Assembly (NCBI RefSeq): GCF_006345805.1
Contig: NC_043019.1
Location: forward strand, 29,325,360 to 29,389,359
DNA: 64,000 nucleotides
Source: Octopus sinensis
Lineage: Eukaryota
Direction: 5' to 3'
Both the position numbers and the translations under genes were made by a program. The notes under the pieces are model-generated. The model worked only from the letters and a program-made list of their open reading frames with translations. It was not told where the DNA came from and searched no databases. Shown piece by piece: positions 37,613 through 53,565 of the stretch (its first letter is position 1; every line of letters starts with the position of its first letter).

Positions 37613-39604
37613 CAACAGTATGCTCTATATTTTTGATAAGGACAAAAATCATGTACATCTGTGATGAACAGCCACATATATATATACACATACACATGGC
37701 TGTACAATTACATTGTTTCACAACCAGGTGGTTCCTATGAATTCATAGTATGCATCTCTCCTTTAAGTACTTGTCTTAACGCCACAACCTCTGGTCAAAC
37801 AAAGCTTGCTAGTGAAATTTGGCAGATGCAAGCTGTGCTCTGTTGAGATACGTAAAGAAGTAAGTATCAAACAAAGTACTGGCATTGATAAAACTGACTA
37901 TAACCCTTCAAGGCACTACCCCAACAAAGCCGCACTCTAAGAACAGAAACCAATAACGTATACATGATATTCACTGGAACCATGATAAGTGTCAATATTT
38001 TACAAGTTCTGACTTTGACTTGTTGAATTAAGCACACTTAATTAATGGCTATTGAGGGAATCTATTGAAAATCTATTTATCTACAGCTATACTTGTAATG
38101 GAAACATCATTACATTCTCATATTCATCAACTGATATTGTTCTCATCTCTGACTACTGAGATCATTGTTCTCACTTCTGATCAAGTAGACCTATAATTGA
38201 AAACATTCCAGCCATGACCATCATGTCTTTGTTAGGTATAAGGCTACTTGCCTCCCAATACCTGGCATAAAGCCCCTCCTTCTCTACAACTCCACCACAC
38301 ACACACTCAGTTGAGGAGTTCTTCATCTTTGTATTTGTCATGGAAGTTACTTGGTGACCTCACTAGTGCTGGTGTCACAAAAGAAAAGATAAAAATATCC
38401 AGAACACTCTGTAAAGTGGCTGGCTTTAGGAAGGGCATCCAGCTGTAGAAAACAATGCCAACACAGACACTGGAGCTTGTCACGGTTCATTGAGAATTGC
38501 CAAGTCATCCAACCCACACCAGTATGGAAGACAAACATTAAATGATGATGAAGTTATTCAAAGAAAAGTGGATCCATCATCATTTAATGTACTTTTCTGC
38601 GCTGGCATGGGTTGGATGGTCTGACAGGATCTGGTTAGGCAGAAGACTGTACCCTACTTTGTTGTCTGTTTTGGCATGGTTTTTATGGCCGGAGGCCCTT
38701 CCTAAGATCAACAACCCCACAGTGTGGACTAATATGTCCACACAGAATTGTTAGAGTATCGGATGAAAATGCCTTGCAGTATTTGTTCCAATACTTTACC
38801 TTCTGAGTTCAAATTCTGTTAAGGTCAACACTGATTTTTCATCCTTCTAAGATCTATAAAATAAAGCACCATTCAAATACTGGGGGTCAATATAATCAAC
38901 TGCTCCCTAACATTTTGATGTTGTGACTATGTAACTCATCAAATACAGAAATGTTTCAGCTTTGAAAGATAAAAGTTTCAGTTTTGATAAGACTTAAGTT
39001 GATGCCATCAATTTTATTAGGAAGATGCTAAGCATTCTTCTAAGAGTTCTTGCTATAATTCAATATATATTATTTCTACACACTGACGGCATACGAAAGT
39101 ACAAACTGAATAGCTTCTCAGACAGTCTTCGTCAATAAATATTAAATGAATTGGTGCAGCTATCAATTTGTAACACATTAGAGCTGACATATAAATTTGT
39201 TATCAATTCAAAGTTATATCTATCAAGTGTCAGTTAAAGCTCTGTGTACATGAGTGCAGGTAATGGTTAAGAAATTCACTTTGTGAATGCCAGAGTCTCA
39301 GAGTTCCATCTTGGGCACTGACTTTGATCATAAGCCAGTGTATCAGATGAAATGCTAAGCAACATTTTGCTCATCTTTACATTCTCAGTTCAAATTCTAC
39401 CAAGGTCAACTTTTGCTTTTCATCCTTTTGGGAGTGATGAAATAAGTACCAGTTGTGCACTGGGCTCAATGTAATCAACAAGCCCCTCTCTCAAAATTTC
39501 AGGCCTTGCGTCTAAAGTAGAAAGGATTATATTAGCATACACACATGATGTATGATGCGGGTGACAAGACCATAACCCACACCACCCGATATTTTAAGCA
39601 TCTC

Positions 39605-40265
39605 AGAGGTGATTCATGATGGGCCAGGTGCTTTCCCTGTCTTCATATCCTTAATTGCTTTATCTACCTGGGTACTGTTGATTTGGATAGCTGGTTCCTC
39701 AATTGGATCAACCTTTGGCAGACTCTCCTCCTCCCATTCATTCTCCACATTCAGCAGTCTTTCACAATGGCCTCTCCAAGCCTCTTTCTTTTCAGAATCA
39801 TGAAACACAAAGGCACCATCATCCATGCGGACACATTTCTCTCCTATGACATCACGGTTTTCTCTCACACACTGTCTTGTAATCTGAAATATTTCAGTTC
39901 TTTGGTCCTCACATTGCTGAACATTGGCTATATACATCTGTCTCTTGGCTTCCTTTTTGGCTATCTGATGCATTCTCCTGCTACCCTGTCTCTTCCAGGC
40001 CTTTCAAGCCTGTTTCATTGCTCTAATGGCCCTGTCTACAGTATTGTTTCACCACCATGTTACCCTGGGTCTGGAATGGACATTGGTCTGTAGCACTTAG
40101 CAAGCTGTCTCGCAGGAATTCCCAGCTGCCTTCTCTGTCACAGGACTGTAGCTCCCTCCTATCATCAAATTTCTTGGTAACGATATCCCTAAATCTCTGA
40201 AGGGTCTGTAAGCTTTCAAGTCCTTTTCCAGATTGGTCTGCTTTTTGGCATACTTCTGGCCTCAA
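39605..40265 (-). mobile_element. RTE-clade LINE internal fragment (endonuclease-RT linker)
   Basis: ORF 39614-39973: RQCVRENRDVIGEKC...KKEAWRGHCERLLNVENEW...VDKAIKDMKTGKAPGPS, with frameshifted upstream sequence. Confidence 0.82.
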
Positions 40266-40880
40266 GTCTAAAGTCATTAATAACTAGGGCCATATTACAC
40301 TGGTACTCTGATTATGAATAAAAAAAAGAACTCAATCCCCCAACTACATTCGTTCTTTTTGTTTTTTGGAAGTTATAGTGTTGTTTAAGGAAGATTTGGC
40401 TGCTATTTCTCGACAGTCAAGAGACCATGTAAAAACCATATTGTCTTAGCTTTGTCTTTGTTGATTTCCATGAAAATAGACATAATATTGCAACTTCCAA
40501 TATACTGGCAATGGACACTTTCAATTGGCTAAAACAACTCATCTTTAAATGCTTGTAACTTCTTTATGATGAATTTCTAAAAAACAATGAATGCAATTTT
40601 CGTCATCAGTATGCAAAGCTACATCGGAACAACATTTTTTTTTCTTTTTTGAAAATAATCTGGTGAAAATTTGTAAAACATGAAGTGGTTGGAAGAAATT
40701 TAATAAAATCCAAAAATATAAAAAAAAAAAAATTCTTTAAAAACCCCTCATGGCAGTACTCCAGCATGACCACAATCCAAAAAAATTAAAACCAGTAAAA
40801 GAATAAAAGAATAGAAATATTCATTTTATTCTAAATAAGTGACAAAGTTTAACCATCTTCCATTGTGTTTGTTGCATTAC

Positions 40881-40974
40881 TCTAAAATATTGAAATGTTT
40901 TTAAAGTTGCCATCAATGAAATCACAATTTGCCAGACAGAAAACATTTGAAAGCATTTAGCAATAGTACGAGTT
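40881..40974 (-). CDS. Candidate exon (TRTIAKCFQMFSVWQIVISLMATLKTFQYFR)
   Basis: ccttgttaattcag acceptor, gtaatg donor, 94 bp, phase 2-0. Confidence 0.42.
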
Positions 40975-41958
40975 CTGAATTAACAAGGTTATTTTCTTTA
41001 ATTTATTAATGATCAAATTATAACTATCAATCTAAAAGCTGTTTTAAAAAGAAAAAAAAATACTTCTTTCTTTTTTTTGTTTTATTTATGCTAAAAACAA
41101 AAAATTTTATGTCCAAGCATAGTTAAAAACCATAAGTGATATGCACGCAAAAGAGTCACACAGCCTGCTAGAAACAGCAGCCAAATTTTCTTCAAATTAC
41201 ACCCTGCAGTCTTGAAGAGGACATAATAATGTTCTAGATACACTATGCCCAAGAGAAGGAATGTGTGGCATGGAGGGATTGCCTTTGCTCATAGCTGTAC
41301 CTAGCTGGCACCGACTCAACACCAAACAGCAACAACCACAGAGTTGCAAACAAACAAAATACCTCAACATGGTTACTTGAACTGCTAGAAATAGTAGTCA
41401 AATTTCCTTCAAAATCAAATGAGACAATGTAGTCTAGGTTTGGATATTTGTGAAAACAATTTCCTTAGCTGATTTAGAGACCCACCCAATGTTCTGACTA
41501 TTGCTTTTCCTCTACTCACAAACGAAACTCTAAATATCTAACTCCTCAGATGCGTCTAGGCTGTTTAATGAAAGTTGATAAAAACAAGTACTGGGCAAAA
41601 ACTGGATTGGATATAACCGATATACATGTGTATATGTGAAAATTTATATATAAAGTCACCATTTAAAGTCTGTTTTCCATGCTGTCATGGCTTGGATGGC
41701 CAGGGACCACACCAGGTTCCATAGTCTGTTTTGGTTTGGTTTCTACAGTTGGGTGCTGTTCCTAATGCCAACCACTTTACAGAGTGTATTGGGTACTTTT
41801 TTATGTGGTGCATTGGTTTTAGGATATCAATTCTATTGTGGTGGGTGGGTCTTCTTGAGTACAGCAAAGCACCACATATCTCGGTCTTCTGTCATCTCCT
41901 TCATAACACTCAGCATTTTGAGATCGGCCTTCAGTCTACGCTATATATATATATATAT

Positions 41959-42337
41959 AGGCACAGGGATGGTTGTGTGGTAAGAAGCTTGCTTCCCAAC
42001 CACATGGTTATGGGTTCAGTCCCACTGCATGGCACCTTGAGCAAGAGTCTTCTACTAAAGCCTTGTAAGTGGATTTGGTACTCAGAAACTGAAAGAAGCC
42101 CATCGTATATATGTATGCATGCGTGTGTGTGTGTGTCATTGTGTTTGTCCCAACTACTGCTTGATAACCAGTGTTGATTTGTTTACATCCCTGTAACTTA
42201 GCGATTCAGCAAGAGTGATTGACAAAATAAGTACCAGGCTTAAAAGAAAAAGTATGGAGTCAATTCCGTTGCTAAAATTTCTTCAAGGCAGTGCCTGACC
42301 ATAACTGCAGTCTAATGACGGAAACAAGTAAAAGATA
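41959..42337 (+). mobile_element. SINE family A (diverged)
   Basis: Homologous copy with more substitutions. Confidence 0.75.
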
Positions 42338-42363
42338 ATGTGTATATATATATATAGATATAT

Positions 42364-42422
<59 letters not shown>

Positions 42423-42429
42423 TATATAT

Positions 42430-42466
<37 letters not shown>

Positions 42467-43235
42467 CATGCACACACACAGTATAGAAGTACAGCAGCCA
42501 TGTAATTTTGAGGGCTTCTGTGGACATATAACCAAGTTCAAACACTTGCAATAATTTGGACTATACTAAAGATAAGCAAGGACCAAGTGGTAGTGTGTTT
42601 ATAAAACTAACAAACAAAGGATGAACTCTAACACCTACTAACAGTCATCACAGACCCTCCAATAGGCTTCTGTACTATTTACATCTACCAAATTTTGCTT
42701 ACACACTCAGGCCAACAAGAAACTATGGCAGAAGACACTTGCCCAAGGTGATAATATAGGTGACATCAAACCTGTGAGCACCAAATCACAAAGTGAACTT
42801 CTTTGCTATACAGCCATTCTTATAAGCTTGAAAGCAGAAAATGTGAAAGTGAAAGTTGAAGAAAGTTCAATCATAAACATAAACAATTATCATCGGAAGA
42901 CGAATGTAAAAAGGTGTTATTATTGATTCAAGTTTTACTTTTATTGTTTCCTAATTATTAAATTATAAGCTGTTTTATTTATTCATTCATTATTAGTCAA
43001 AGCAATTAACTAAGTTTATGTTTAGCTTTTAAATTTGCTTTGTCTTATGTAAAAATGTGTTTAGGCAGAAAGTTAATTAGAAGAAAAAATATTGCAGAAT
43101 TACGATTAGAAAATTCCAACTCAAATAAATCGGTATGCAGTATGTATGTATATGTGCGACAAACACACGCACACATGCAAGTAGCATATATACATACATA
43201 TATGTCGCATACATACACAGTCATGTTGTGTGTAA

Positions 43236-44880
<1,645 letters not shown>

Positions 44881-46378
44881 ATAAATGTAGCATACTAAAT
44901 TGTGATTTATTTGAACTTTATTAAATTATTTTTCATTTTTATTAATGCATTTTATTCTCTCCCTCTCTCTCTCTCTCTCTCACTATCTTTCACTATCATC
45001 CTCTTTCTTTCACTATCACCCTCTTCAACATCATTTCACACCTACTTTCCATACTGGTATGGGTAGGATGGGTTATCACAGTCCAAGTCAATGTTCATTA
45101 GAATAAGACACTAACTCCCCAGATGGTAGGAGGATCACATCTCATTCCTATATTTTATTTTCCAGTTTAGTTTCTATGGCAGGATACCCTTCCTAATACC
45201 AACCACTTTTCAGAATGTACTGGATGCATTTTATCATGGCACCAGCACTAGTGATATTGTAAGTGAAGAATATGACAGATCACCTCTCAACCCCTTACTT
45301 TATAAAATGCATTGGGTGCATTTTATCACCACAGTACCAAAACCCTTATATTTTACTCTGTAAATTTAAAGAACAGTTTTGCTTCAAAATATATTTCTTG
45401 ACAATATTTTGATATGTGGATGTTGCCTTCTTCTTCTTCTTCTCCTCCCCCTTCTTCTTCTAATCAGGACTCACGCCATTAGCCATAAAAAATAATCTCT
45501 AATTCGAGCCTACTCTAAGCTACTAAGAATGCATGCGGCAACTTGAAGATCCACCCACCACACGCGATAGACTGGCGGTTGCACGAGCACGAAAGCTACA
45601 TTTTTATCTTCATTCTGTAAACAGTGGCTTTTTAACGGGTGGAGAGCTGAACCATCCTGGGGTACAGAGGATTCGCAATCTAGACTAGGGTCTGAAAATT
45701 TACCACCCCATAGTGGGTTATACCATGGTTCCTCTGCTTTGTGGCAGAAGTAGGAAGAAAGAGTGAGAGAAAGTTGTGGTGAAAGAGTACAGCAGAGTTC
45801 ACCACCATCCCCCGCCGGAGCATCATGGAGCTTAGGTGATTTTGATCAATAAACACTCACAATGCCTGGTCTGGGAATCGAAATCACATTCTTACAACTG
45901 CAAGTCCACTGCCCGAACCACTGGGCCATTGCGCCTCCACTAGATGTTGTTGTTTAATTCCAGATCACATAAATGATCAAAAGCATTCAAGTTATGGCCA
46001 TCCCATTTTTGTTTTTCTTTTTATTCACTTAGTATGTCTTGAAATATATTTCCCATTTTGGGAAAGTGTCTTCTGTTTTAAAGATTATACATGATATAGA
46101 TTGTGTGACTTGAGGCAGTTATAGGTTTCCAATAAGTTAATCAATTGCTCACTGCATTTATGATGGTAAGAATGACAAGGGATTGTCTAGTCAACTTAGG
46201 TGGAACAAATATGGCAATGGGAATTTTTGCTTAAAATGCCAGTTTGCTGGCTTTTCTCATCAGCATTTACATCTTTTGTTACAGTGCTTTGACAAAATAT
46301 ATATACATACACAAGCATGAGCACACACACATTTCTAGCAAGCCAAGCGACTGACTGCATGGAGGAAACCTCACTTGC

Positions 46379-46527
46379 CTGTAATATGCAAATGTTTTCT
46401 TCAATGTAAAACGATTTATATTGAATGAAAATCTCTTTTCAAATTTTCCAGTCGAGATGGAAATGAGATCCATCAAAATATTTACACATAAATGAAATGA
46501 CAGAAGACAACGTTCAAATGGAAGTTT
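46379..46527 (-). CDS. Candidate exon (KLPFERCLLSFHLCVNILMDLISISTGKFEKRFSFNINRFTLKKTFAYY)
   Basis: 49 open codons ending at AG|gcaagt (GC donor) or CAA|gtgagg. The acceptor context is weak. Confidence 0.35.
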
Positions 46528-48019
46528 CTATTACCTCTGGCTATTCGTGTGTTTAGATAGAAATTTCAAGGATTATATTATTCATGCTTAAAGAAAACAC
46601 CAAAATATATTCATACAGTAAGAAAGTAAACCACAGACACAACAAACATATTTTCGATAACCTAAGAAACATAAGAAATTAATCAAACCAGAAAATTGTC
46701 CAGCAGCAAAACATCTTAAAAATTTCATTGTTTTCCTCTTATCAAAGTAATAAAAATATTCTTCTACTTATACTCTTTTGTTTTCCTTTATTGGTTTTAG
46801 CCATTGGTTTGCGACCATGCTGGAGCACATGCTTCAAATGTTTTCGTTTATTCTATTAACTCCAGGGTTTATTTCAATAAGGTACTCATTTTAGCTATTT
46901 GTGTTGAATGGACCAACTTCGGTTATAGGACTTAAAGGAACACGCCATTTAATCCTTTGACTATGAAATTGAATTTCAGGGTTATTCCTGAAATAGCGTT
47001 AAATATCTACCAAAAAAATAGAATTAGTATTTCCTTTAAGTTACATTACATCAGTAAACTTGGAATATCTCAACAGAAAATAGTTTCAAACATAACATCC
47101 ATCAACAAAAAATAAACTGGAGTATAAAACTGCTTTACAAAGTTAAAGGTAATGAAATTTTGTGTGGATATATCTGATTTCTACTATAAAAGGGTCATGT
47201 TAAAGCAACAAAAAAAATTTTTAAGAGAAGAATCCTGTATGCAGTTCTTTAACCTGCCACAAATAGCAACCAATTTTTTCTCAAATTACATATTCTACCA
47301 GCTTAAAAGAATTAATAATACATTGGATAACATAGTCTGCAGTATACTGTTCCTTAACACCAAAAAGATTTTTTTTTAAAAAGGCAGAATTTTCTCAGAC
47401 AGAATGATTTTGATCATAAGGAACGCCTTGTTGGATTAGGACTGAGCTAGAGCTAAACAGTAGCAACAGAAAGGTGGGTTGATTTGACAAGATTTTAAAT
47501 TTGAAATTGTTTTGTTTCTGCAAAAAAATCTATTCTCAAAGTCTAGACAAGATCAAAATCAATGCGTGTAATTGATTAAAAACATATTTACACTTGCATA
47601 ATTACATAAATTATCAAATCAAAAGATTTGATTTATTTTATATCAAATTTAATAAAAAAAATAACTGTTGGTTACATGCTTCCAGCAGGCTATCACTGGT
47701 TCACACAGCATTTATGGTAGAAGTAAGTAACAAAACACTGTTTGAGTAAGTTCGGAAGAACATATATCACACAAGGGACATCTGTGCAAAAGCACCAGCT
47801 CATTGGTTTCTCTGAATAGTGTCTATAACTTTTGCCAATATACAATGGCATATATAAACAAATATATGTACACTGACATGTATATCAGAGACTAAGACAG
47901 AGATGGACTTCTACATAGTTCCTACCTATCAAGTCCACTAAAAAGACATATGTCAAACCAAAGCTTTGGCATAAGAAACTTGACCAATGTGATGGGCAGT
48001 GGATTGAGTTTGGACTTGT

Positions 48020-48460
48020 AACTAGTCATATCTGGCCCAAATATTCTATCTTGTTCTTATTTCAAACTAGCTAGATCCAGCCTCTCATATCTCACTAACA
48101 TTCTGAAAATAAAGAATCGTGTGGCTGACGTCTCAATGTGAATAGATAAGCATTACATTTGACAGAATAGCTTGAATGCAAAAGAGTTAATCCTTTCGTG
48201 ACTATATTTTTTAATGAAATTACACAGATGATGTTCCAAGTAAGTTTGAAAATAACGAAGTATTTACAGGGATCTAGTAAAATAACCAACTTTTTCAATA
48301 TTAAATTGTTGCTTGGGAATATAACTAAACAGAGAAGATTTTATATTAAAATTAAGATGGAAGGTTTTTAATTCCAATATGGAGATTTTAAAATCAGGTG
48401 TTTTTGTATCACAGAACCAGAGATGGTTTCACACAGATCAGTATCCAAACAGTTTTAACC
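48020..48460. mobile_element. Two adjacent TTAA-type MITEs sharing a TTAA junction
   Basis: A 54843-family copy ends ...GCAAAAGAG-TTAA (~48190) and is followed directly by TCCTTTCGTGAC..., a 12701-family-like copy. Confidence 0.5.
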
Positions 48461-51033
48461 TTTTGTTAGTGTCTTTCTAAAGGAGTACACTGTATGTTTC
48501 AAATGGATTTGACTGGATTGCCTATGTTCAGTCCACTGAAGGATGAAGGCCTCAGCATGTTCTCTCCACCAAGGGATCACACTGGTTTGACGAGCCCAAC
48601 TCTGTCACATTGGCTCAACGTGGCATAACAGAAGGGTGCAATTTTTATGCTCTTACCCCAGTAGTTAAGTCAATTACATCAACCCTGAAAGGAAAAAAAG
48701 GCAAAGTCAACCTCATTTGAACTCAGAACGTAAGGATCGATGAATACCATTAAGCATTTCATCCAGCAAGCTAATGACTCCGCCAGCTCACTGCCATGTT
48801 TTAATTGATTTTGAAAAATATCAAAAATTTACCACATTTTCTTAAAATAACTAATGTTATCATTATTTAAGCTGTTTAAGACTTAACAGGTTCTTAAATA
48901 AAATTGTGATGGAAGGTTTTTAATTTGTATATGAACACTGTAAAAAAAAAATTTTGTTTTATAAAAGTAGGCTGGTTTAGTTTCAAAAGAGTAATGCTAC
49001 TTAAAAAATTACCAACACAGAAGTATTTATGGAATATCATTGATTTCGCTAAAACCAAGGTGCCATGTAAAAAGCATTGACATGGGTGCTGGTGCCACAT
49101 AAAGTGCACCCAGTATACTTTGTAGAGTGGTTTGACCTTAGAAAGGGCATCCAGCCATAGAAACTGAGTTTTAAAAAAACTATGGAATCTAATGTGGTCC
49201 TTGATCTTGCCAGTTCCTGTGAAGTCATCCAACCCATGCCAGCATGGAAAATTGATGTTAAATGTTGATGATGATAATGATGACGATGATTGAGTCAATG
49301 TAGATACTTCTCTCTTTTTTACATTTTCTCAACCATGTACCTCTAATGAAATACTTTGCCAAAGTGTTTCAATTTATTAAAAAATAATCAGCTTTTTCAA
49401 AAAATAATCAGCTTTTTCAAAAATAATCAGCTTTTTCAAAATTTACCTTTCTTTCTCCTTCTTGTGAAGGAGGTAGGAGAGCTGAGGCAGGACAGTTGAG
49501 GAGGGCAATGCTGATAACCTTTTCTAAAAGCCTTCGAGATTGATAGAAAGAAAAGGGAGAACTACCCTCAAACTGGAAATCTAACTTGAGTACTTGCTAC
49601 AGATTAAACTCTGGTTAACTGCACCTATGGGCAAGCTACATGAAAATCAAGTGACAATTTAGGTTTACTGTTCAAAAAGAGGAATGATTTAGTCCTTTTC
49701 ATTAGTTTTCACAGTTTCTGTGTACCAAATTTCACATTCAAAGTTTCAGTGGGAATTGCAGTTATGGTAGAAGACACTTTTTCCACAGAATTGTCAAGTG
49801 AATGTCTTACTCACATAACCATGCAGACAGCTATAAACCTTAATGAAATATTCTTGCATAGAACTGAACAGGAAGGATCTATCACATTTACTTGTGTATA
49901 ATGTGAGAGATTTAAGTGAAAACATCAGGTTAAAATTGTTTGCGAGTTTCATATTCGAATGTAAAAAAAAAAAAAAAAAAAAACTAGAAAGAGAATGAAA
50001 TATATTACAGATTTTTAGATACATAATGTTGATGTCGCATTACATTCAGGTGTCAGTGTACTTGAGTGAAAATAATGTAATTTAAACATTTTAAAACGAG
50101 TGTTTGACAGCATTAGCAGAGGCCGTCTCAGATGGTTTGGTGTCAACTGAGTTAAATATTACTTTGTCCAATACTAGTAATATTACTGGAGATTGCTAGA
50201 TAAAGTATATTCAAACAGAGATATAATGTAAACGAAACAGATGGATGCAATAATGTACTGTTTTTGTTGTAATCTCTTTCTGAGTCCATGGTTCATGCAT
50301 GAAATAAGGAAATAAATCTAGTTTTGTTTTTTTTTTGGGGGGGGGGATGATCAAGTAATAAACAAAATAAGTTCCAAGTTAAAATGAAAACTCAATTTAG
50401 AACAATTTAGTGAAGTGTATCTCCTCCCACGAGAAAAATGTTTTCATTATTGTTTGAAAGATCATGCAATTCTATGTTCAATCCAACTGGATGGTATCTC
50501 AGACTAATATATCTTATTATAACTTCTGGTTTTTGTGAGGCAAATTGCACAGACAGAAACTGTGTGGAAGTTCATCAGATGTATTGTGCACATTCTTTGG
50601 CTGTAGAATATTGAATAGTTTAACAACCACACTTGGCCCTTGGATGCCATAAAAACAAAAGTCTGCTCTGTTTCAAGCATAGGGCAAAGGTCTCCTGGCC
50701 TACAGTTTCTTAGACACCCTGAAAAAAAAAAAAAACTTAACCTGTTTCCTGTAACTAAACCATAAAAACATTTTTAAAAAGCTAACTGTAAACAAATTAC
50801 AACATGTTGAACCTTGACATAATTTACTTCACTGAGTCTTTTGAAGAAGTATTATGAAATTAAATGATACCATAATGGTAACTCTCTGCACCAGCTTCTA
50901 CTAAGCTGGCACAGAGAGATGCAATTATGGTAACAATACATTGAATTAATAATCCAGTTCTACATATATTTACAGAAAATTATCGCAACAATGTTAGTCA
51001 TTGATTAAGACTGCTATCAGTTTCTTTTCTCAC

Positions 51034-51114
51034 TGCATAAATATTTTTAGATAGCTTTTAATGCTTCTTCTCATTAAACATATTAACACTGACTTAACTA
51101 TCTCTCTAGTGAAA
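51034..51114 (-). CDS. Candidate exon (FTREIVKSVLICLMRRSIKSYLKIFM)
   Basis: Strong ttccttggtttctgcag acceptor and gtgaga donor, 81 bp, phase 2-2; only this frame is open. Confidence 0.55.
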
Positions 51115-51187
51115 CTGCAGAAACCAAGGAAATTAGTGGTGTTGGCAAAAAGTAATACAAATTGTTTAGTAAGTACAATGAATTTTA

Positions 51188-51417
51188 CAGTATATGCTGG
51201 TGTATAAATTTTGCTTTTTTTTATTATTCTTAAATGTAGCAAAAAATTAGCATGCATCTAATGTGACTGATATAAAAAAATTGCCAGGCATCTAATGGTA
51301 TTCCGAGTGAATGATGAAACATATTAAATTTGTTTTTTCCACAAAATATTCTTTTCCCCACAAAAATGTAGAGGTTTGTCTTTTATGAAAGTGCATCTTA
51401 TACACCAGCAAATACAG
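51188..51417. mobile_element. pogo/Tc1-type MITE
   Basis: TA|CAGTATATGCTGGTGTATAA ... TTATACACCAGCAAATACAG: ~20-bp imperfect TIRs. Confidence 0.6.
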
Positions 51418-51737
51418 AATATTTGTTATATGCTGCTACCATTTCACATTTAGGGCCTTTCAAAGAATCCTTGTGTAGCATCCATTTAGCCCATTTGATA
51501 ATTTCTTTGTCAGTGTCCATGTTTCACTGCCATATAATAGCACTGACTTGGCCGTTGCAATGGACAGCTTGATTTTGACTTGCCAGGGCAACTTGGAGTT
51601 TCAAACCTTCTTTACTTGATTGTAGACATTGGCCTGGAATGTATCCAGTACCTTGAGGCAGTGATGAGGGACTGAGAAGTATGGCATATGGACTTTGTTG
51701 CTGTGGCCAGGATTGGAACCCAGCCATAATCAATAAT

Positions 51738-52080
51738 CATCATCATCATCGTTTAACGTCCGTTCTCCATGCTAGCATGGGTTGGACGGTTCGACCAGGG
51801 ATCTGGGAAGCCAGAAGGCTGCACCAGGCTCCAGTCTGATCTGGCAGTATTTCTACAGCTGGATGCCCTTCCTAATGCCAACCACTCTGTGAGTGTAGTG
51901 GGTGCTTTTTACGTGCCACCAGCACAGGTGCCAGGCGAGGCTGGCAACGGCCACGATTGGATTGATGCTTTTTACGTGCCACCGGCACGGAAGCCAGTCA
52001 AGGCAGCGCTAGCATCAGCCACGTTCGGATGGTGCTTTTTACGTGCCACCGGCACAGGGATCACAACTGCAGTTTCCATT
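51738..52080 (-). mobile_element. 5'-truncated RTE 3' UTR copy
   Basis: Near-identical to 25888-26230, including the (CAT)n tail on the plus strand and internal TTTTACGTGCCACC repeats. Confidence 0.8.
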
Positions 52081-52869
52081 GATTTTTTGACAGTAATACA
52101 AAATGTCATGAGGAACAGGAGAAATCTTAATGTTTCACATGAATCCTTCATCAGTAACTATCTGTTTGTCTGTCTGTCTTTATTTCTCCACATATAATTA
52201 TTTGTAGATTGTTTTTAATACTCCCTGCATTAAATATGCAGACACAAACTTAACTAGTCTCAGCACATAATTTCTAGTAAGCTTTCTATGTCCCCTACAT
52301 CTAATATGCTCACACTGACTACCACATTTTCAGACATAAGTCAAATTTTTCAGACCAAACATTTACAACTGAAAAAGTTAGGTCAACTTATACACCAAGA
52401 CAACTTTGGAGGACCGAAACACCCATGTAAAACGCAGCAGGATTTGGAAAGATAGTGATGGTGTTTATGCCATATACATCAACTTGTAGGCTGAAAAATG
52501 TGGTATTACATTAAATATGTTAACACTATCATGTTTTCTCTCACCATATCTATTAGTAGTTAGCATAAGTTAGCATAATAGTTAACTATTTGGATTAAAT
52601 ATGCAAACTCTAACTAAACTATTATTCTATTAATTTTTAATAGATGTCAGATAATGTCTAAAAAAAGAAACAGCGGGAGTTGAGGGAACAATCTTTTACC
52701 TTACTTTCTTTAACAACAAACAATACAATCAGGGTGATTGGGAATCAGCCGAACGGACATTAAAAATATCTTTGTCTGTGTGTCCCCCTCCTCCAAATAG
52801 TATGCCAACAAACAAATTGCCCTCTACTAATACAATAAAGTCTTCAAATTAAAACCTACTCCCTTTTAC

Positions 52870-53025
52870 TTCCAATTTTTCTTTCCAACATTCTCAAAAG
52901 TATTATTTTTGGCAGACATAATTGTTTCAATAACTCTTGGGTCATGCTGGAAGCTACTAATAGAAATGCAATTAGCTCCTTGACACTCAAAATGGACATT
53001 TTGGTATCTTTGTGGCAAGCGAAAA
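52870..53025 (-). CDS. Candidate exon (FRLPQRYQNVHFECQGANCISISSFQHDPRVIETIMSAKNNTFENVGKKNW)
   Basis: ttttcatgtttttgcaaatag acceptor, gtaaaa donor, 156 bp, phase 2-2 and in frame with the 54430 exon. Confidence 0.55.
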
Positions 53026-53496
53026 CTATTTGCAAAAACATGAAAAATAATTTTATCAGACAGATTGCCAATTCAATAGTTTTACATGGACAACACTATG
53101 CTTACTTCTGCAGTGTAACAGCCGACATAATAAGGTTAACATTATATATTCAGAGATTGTTTTCTCTCTCTTTCTCTTATATATATATATATATATGGAA
53201 AGAGAGAGAGAGAGAGACTATGCACACACATATGTGCATACATACAGACACACATATATGAATATTACAATTATGCACATGCATGTATTCACACATACAC
53301 ACACACACACAATCATACAAAAATACTTTGAGGAAAAAGTTGTGGGCTGTGAAATCTCAAGTTTGATTTGCCTCTGTTTTCAAAATTTCCAGGTCATCTG
53401 CTTTTGTTTCAATGGTGTCTCTTAGTTTACATCAACATCAACAACAAATACATTATTATGAACAATACCAACATCAAACCATTCAACATTTTAAGT

Positions 53497-53498
<2 letters not shown>

Positions 53499-53563
<65 letters not shown>

Positions 53564-53565
53564 AT
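53499..53565. repeat. (GA)n microsatellite
   Basis: Directly visible. Confidence 0.95.

Noticed and set aside
45470-45720. GC-richer block next to a (CTT)n run, possibly a LINE 3' end or an exon
   Set aside because: The translation is interrupted and no motif could be confirmed, so it is left unassigned.
49381-49440. Three copies of AAAATAATCAGCTTTTTC
   Set aside because: Ordinary 19-20 bp slippage duplication with no spacers.
50882-50918. Small hairpin CTCTCTG-CA-CCAGCTT...AAGCTGG-CA-CAGAGAG
   Set aside because: Too short for a pre-miRNA, single copy, with no supporting context.
52856-53071. ORF-track frame VFACHKDTKMSILSVKELIAFLL... as the coding frame
   Set aside because: Also open and has a gtaggt donor, but it is out of phase with the neighbouring candidate exons, so the FRLPQRY frame is preferred. 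Not decisively excluded.
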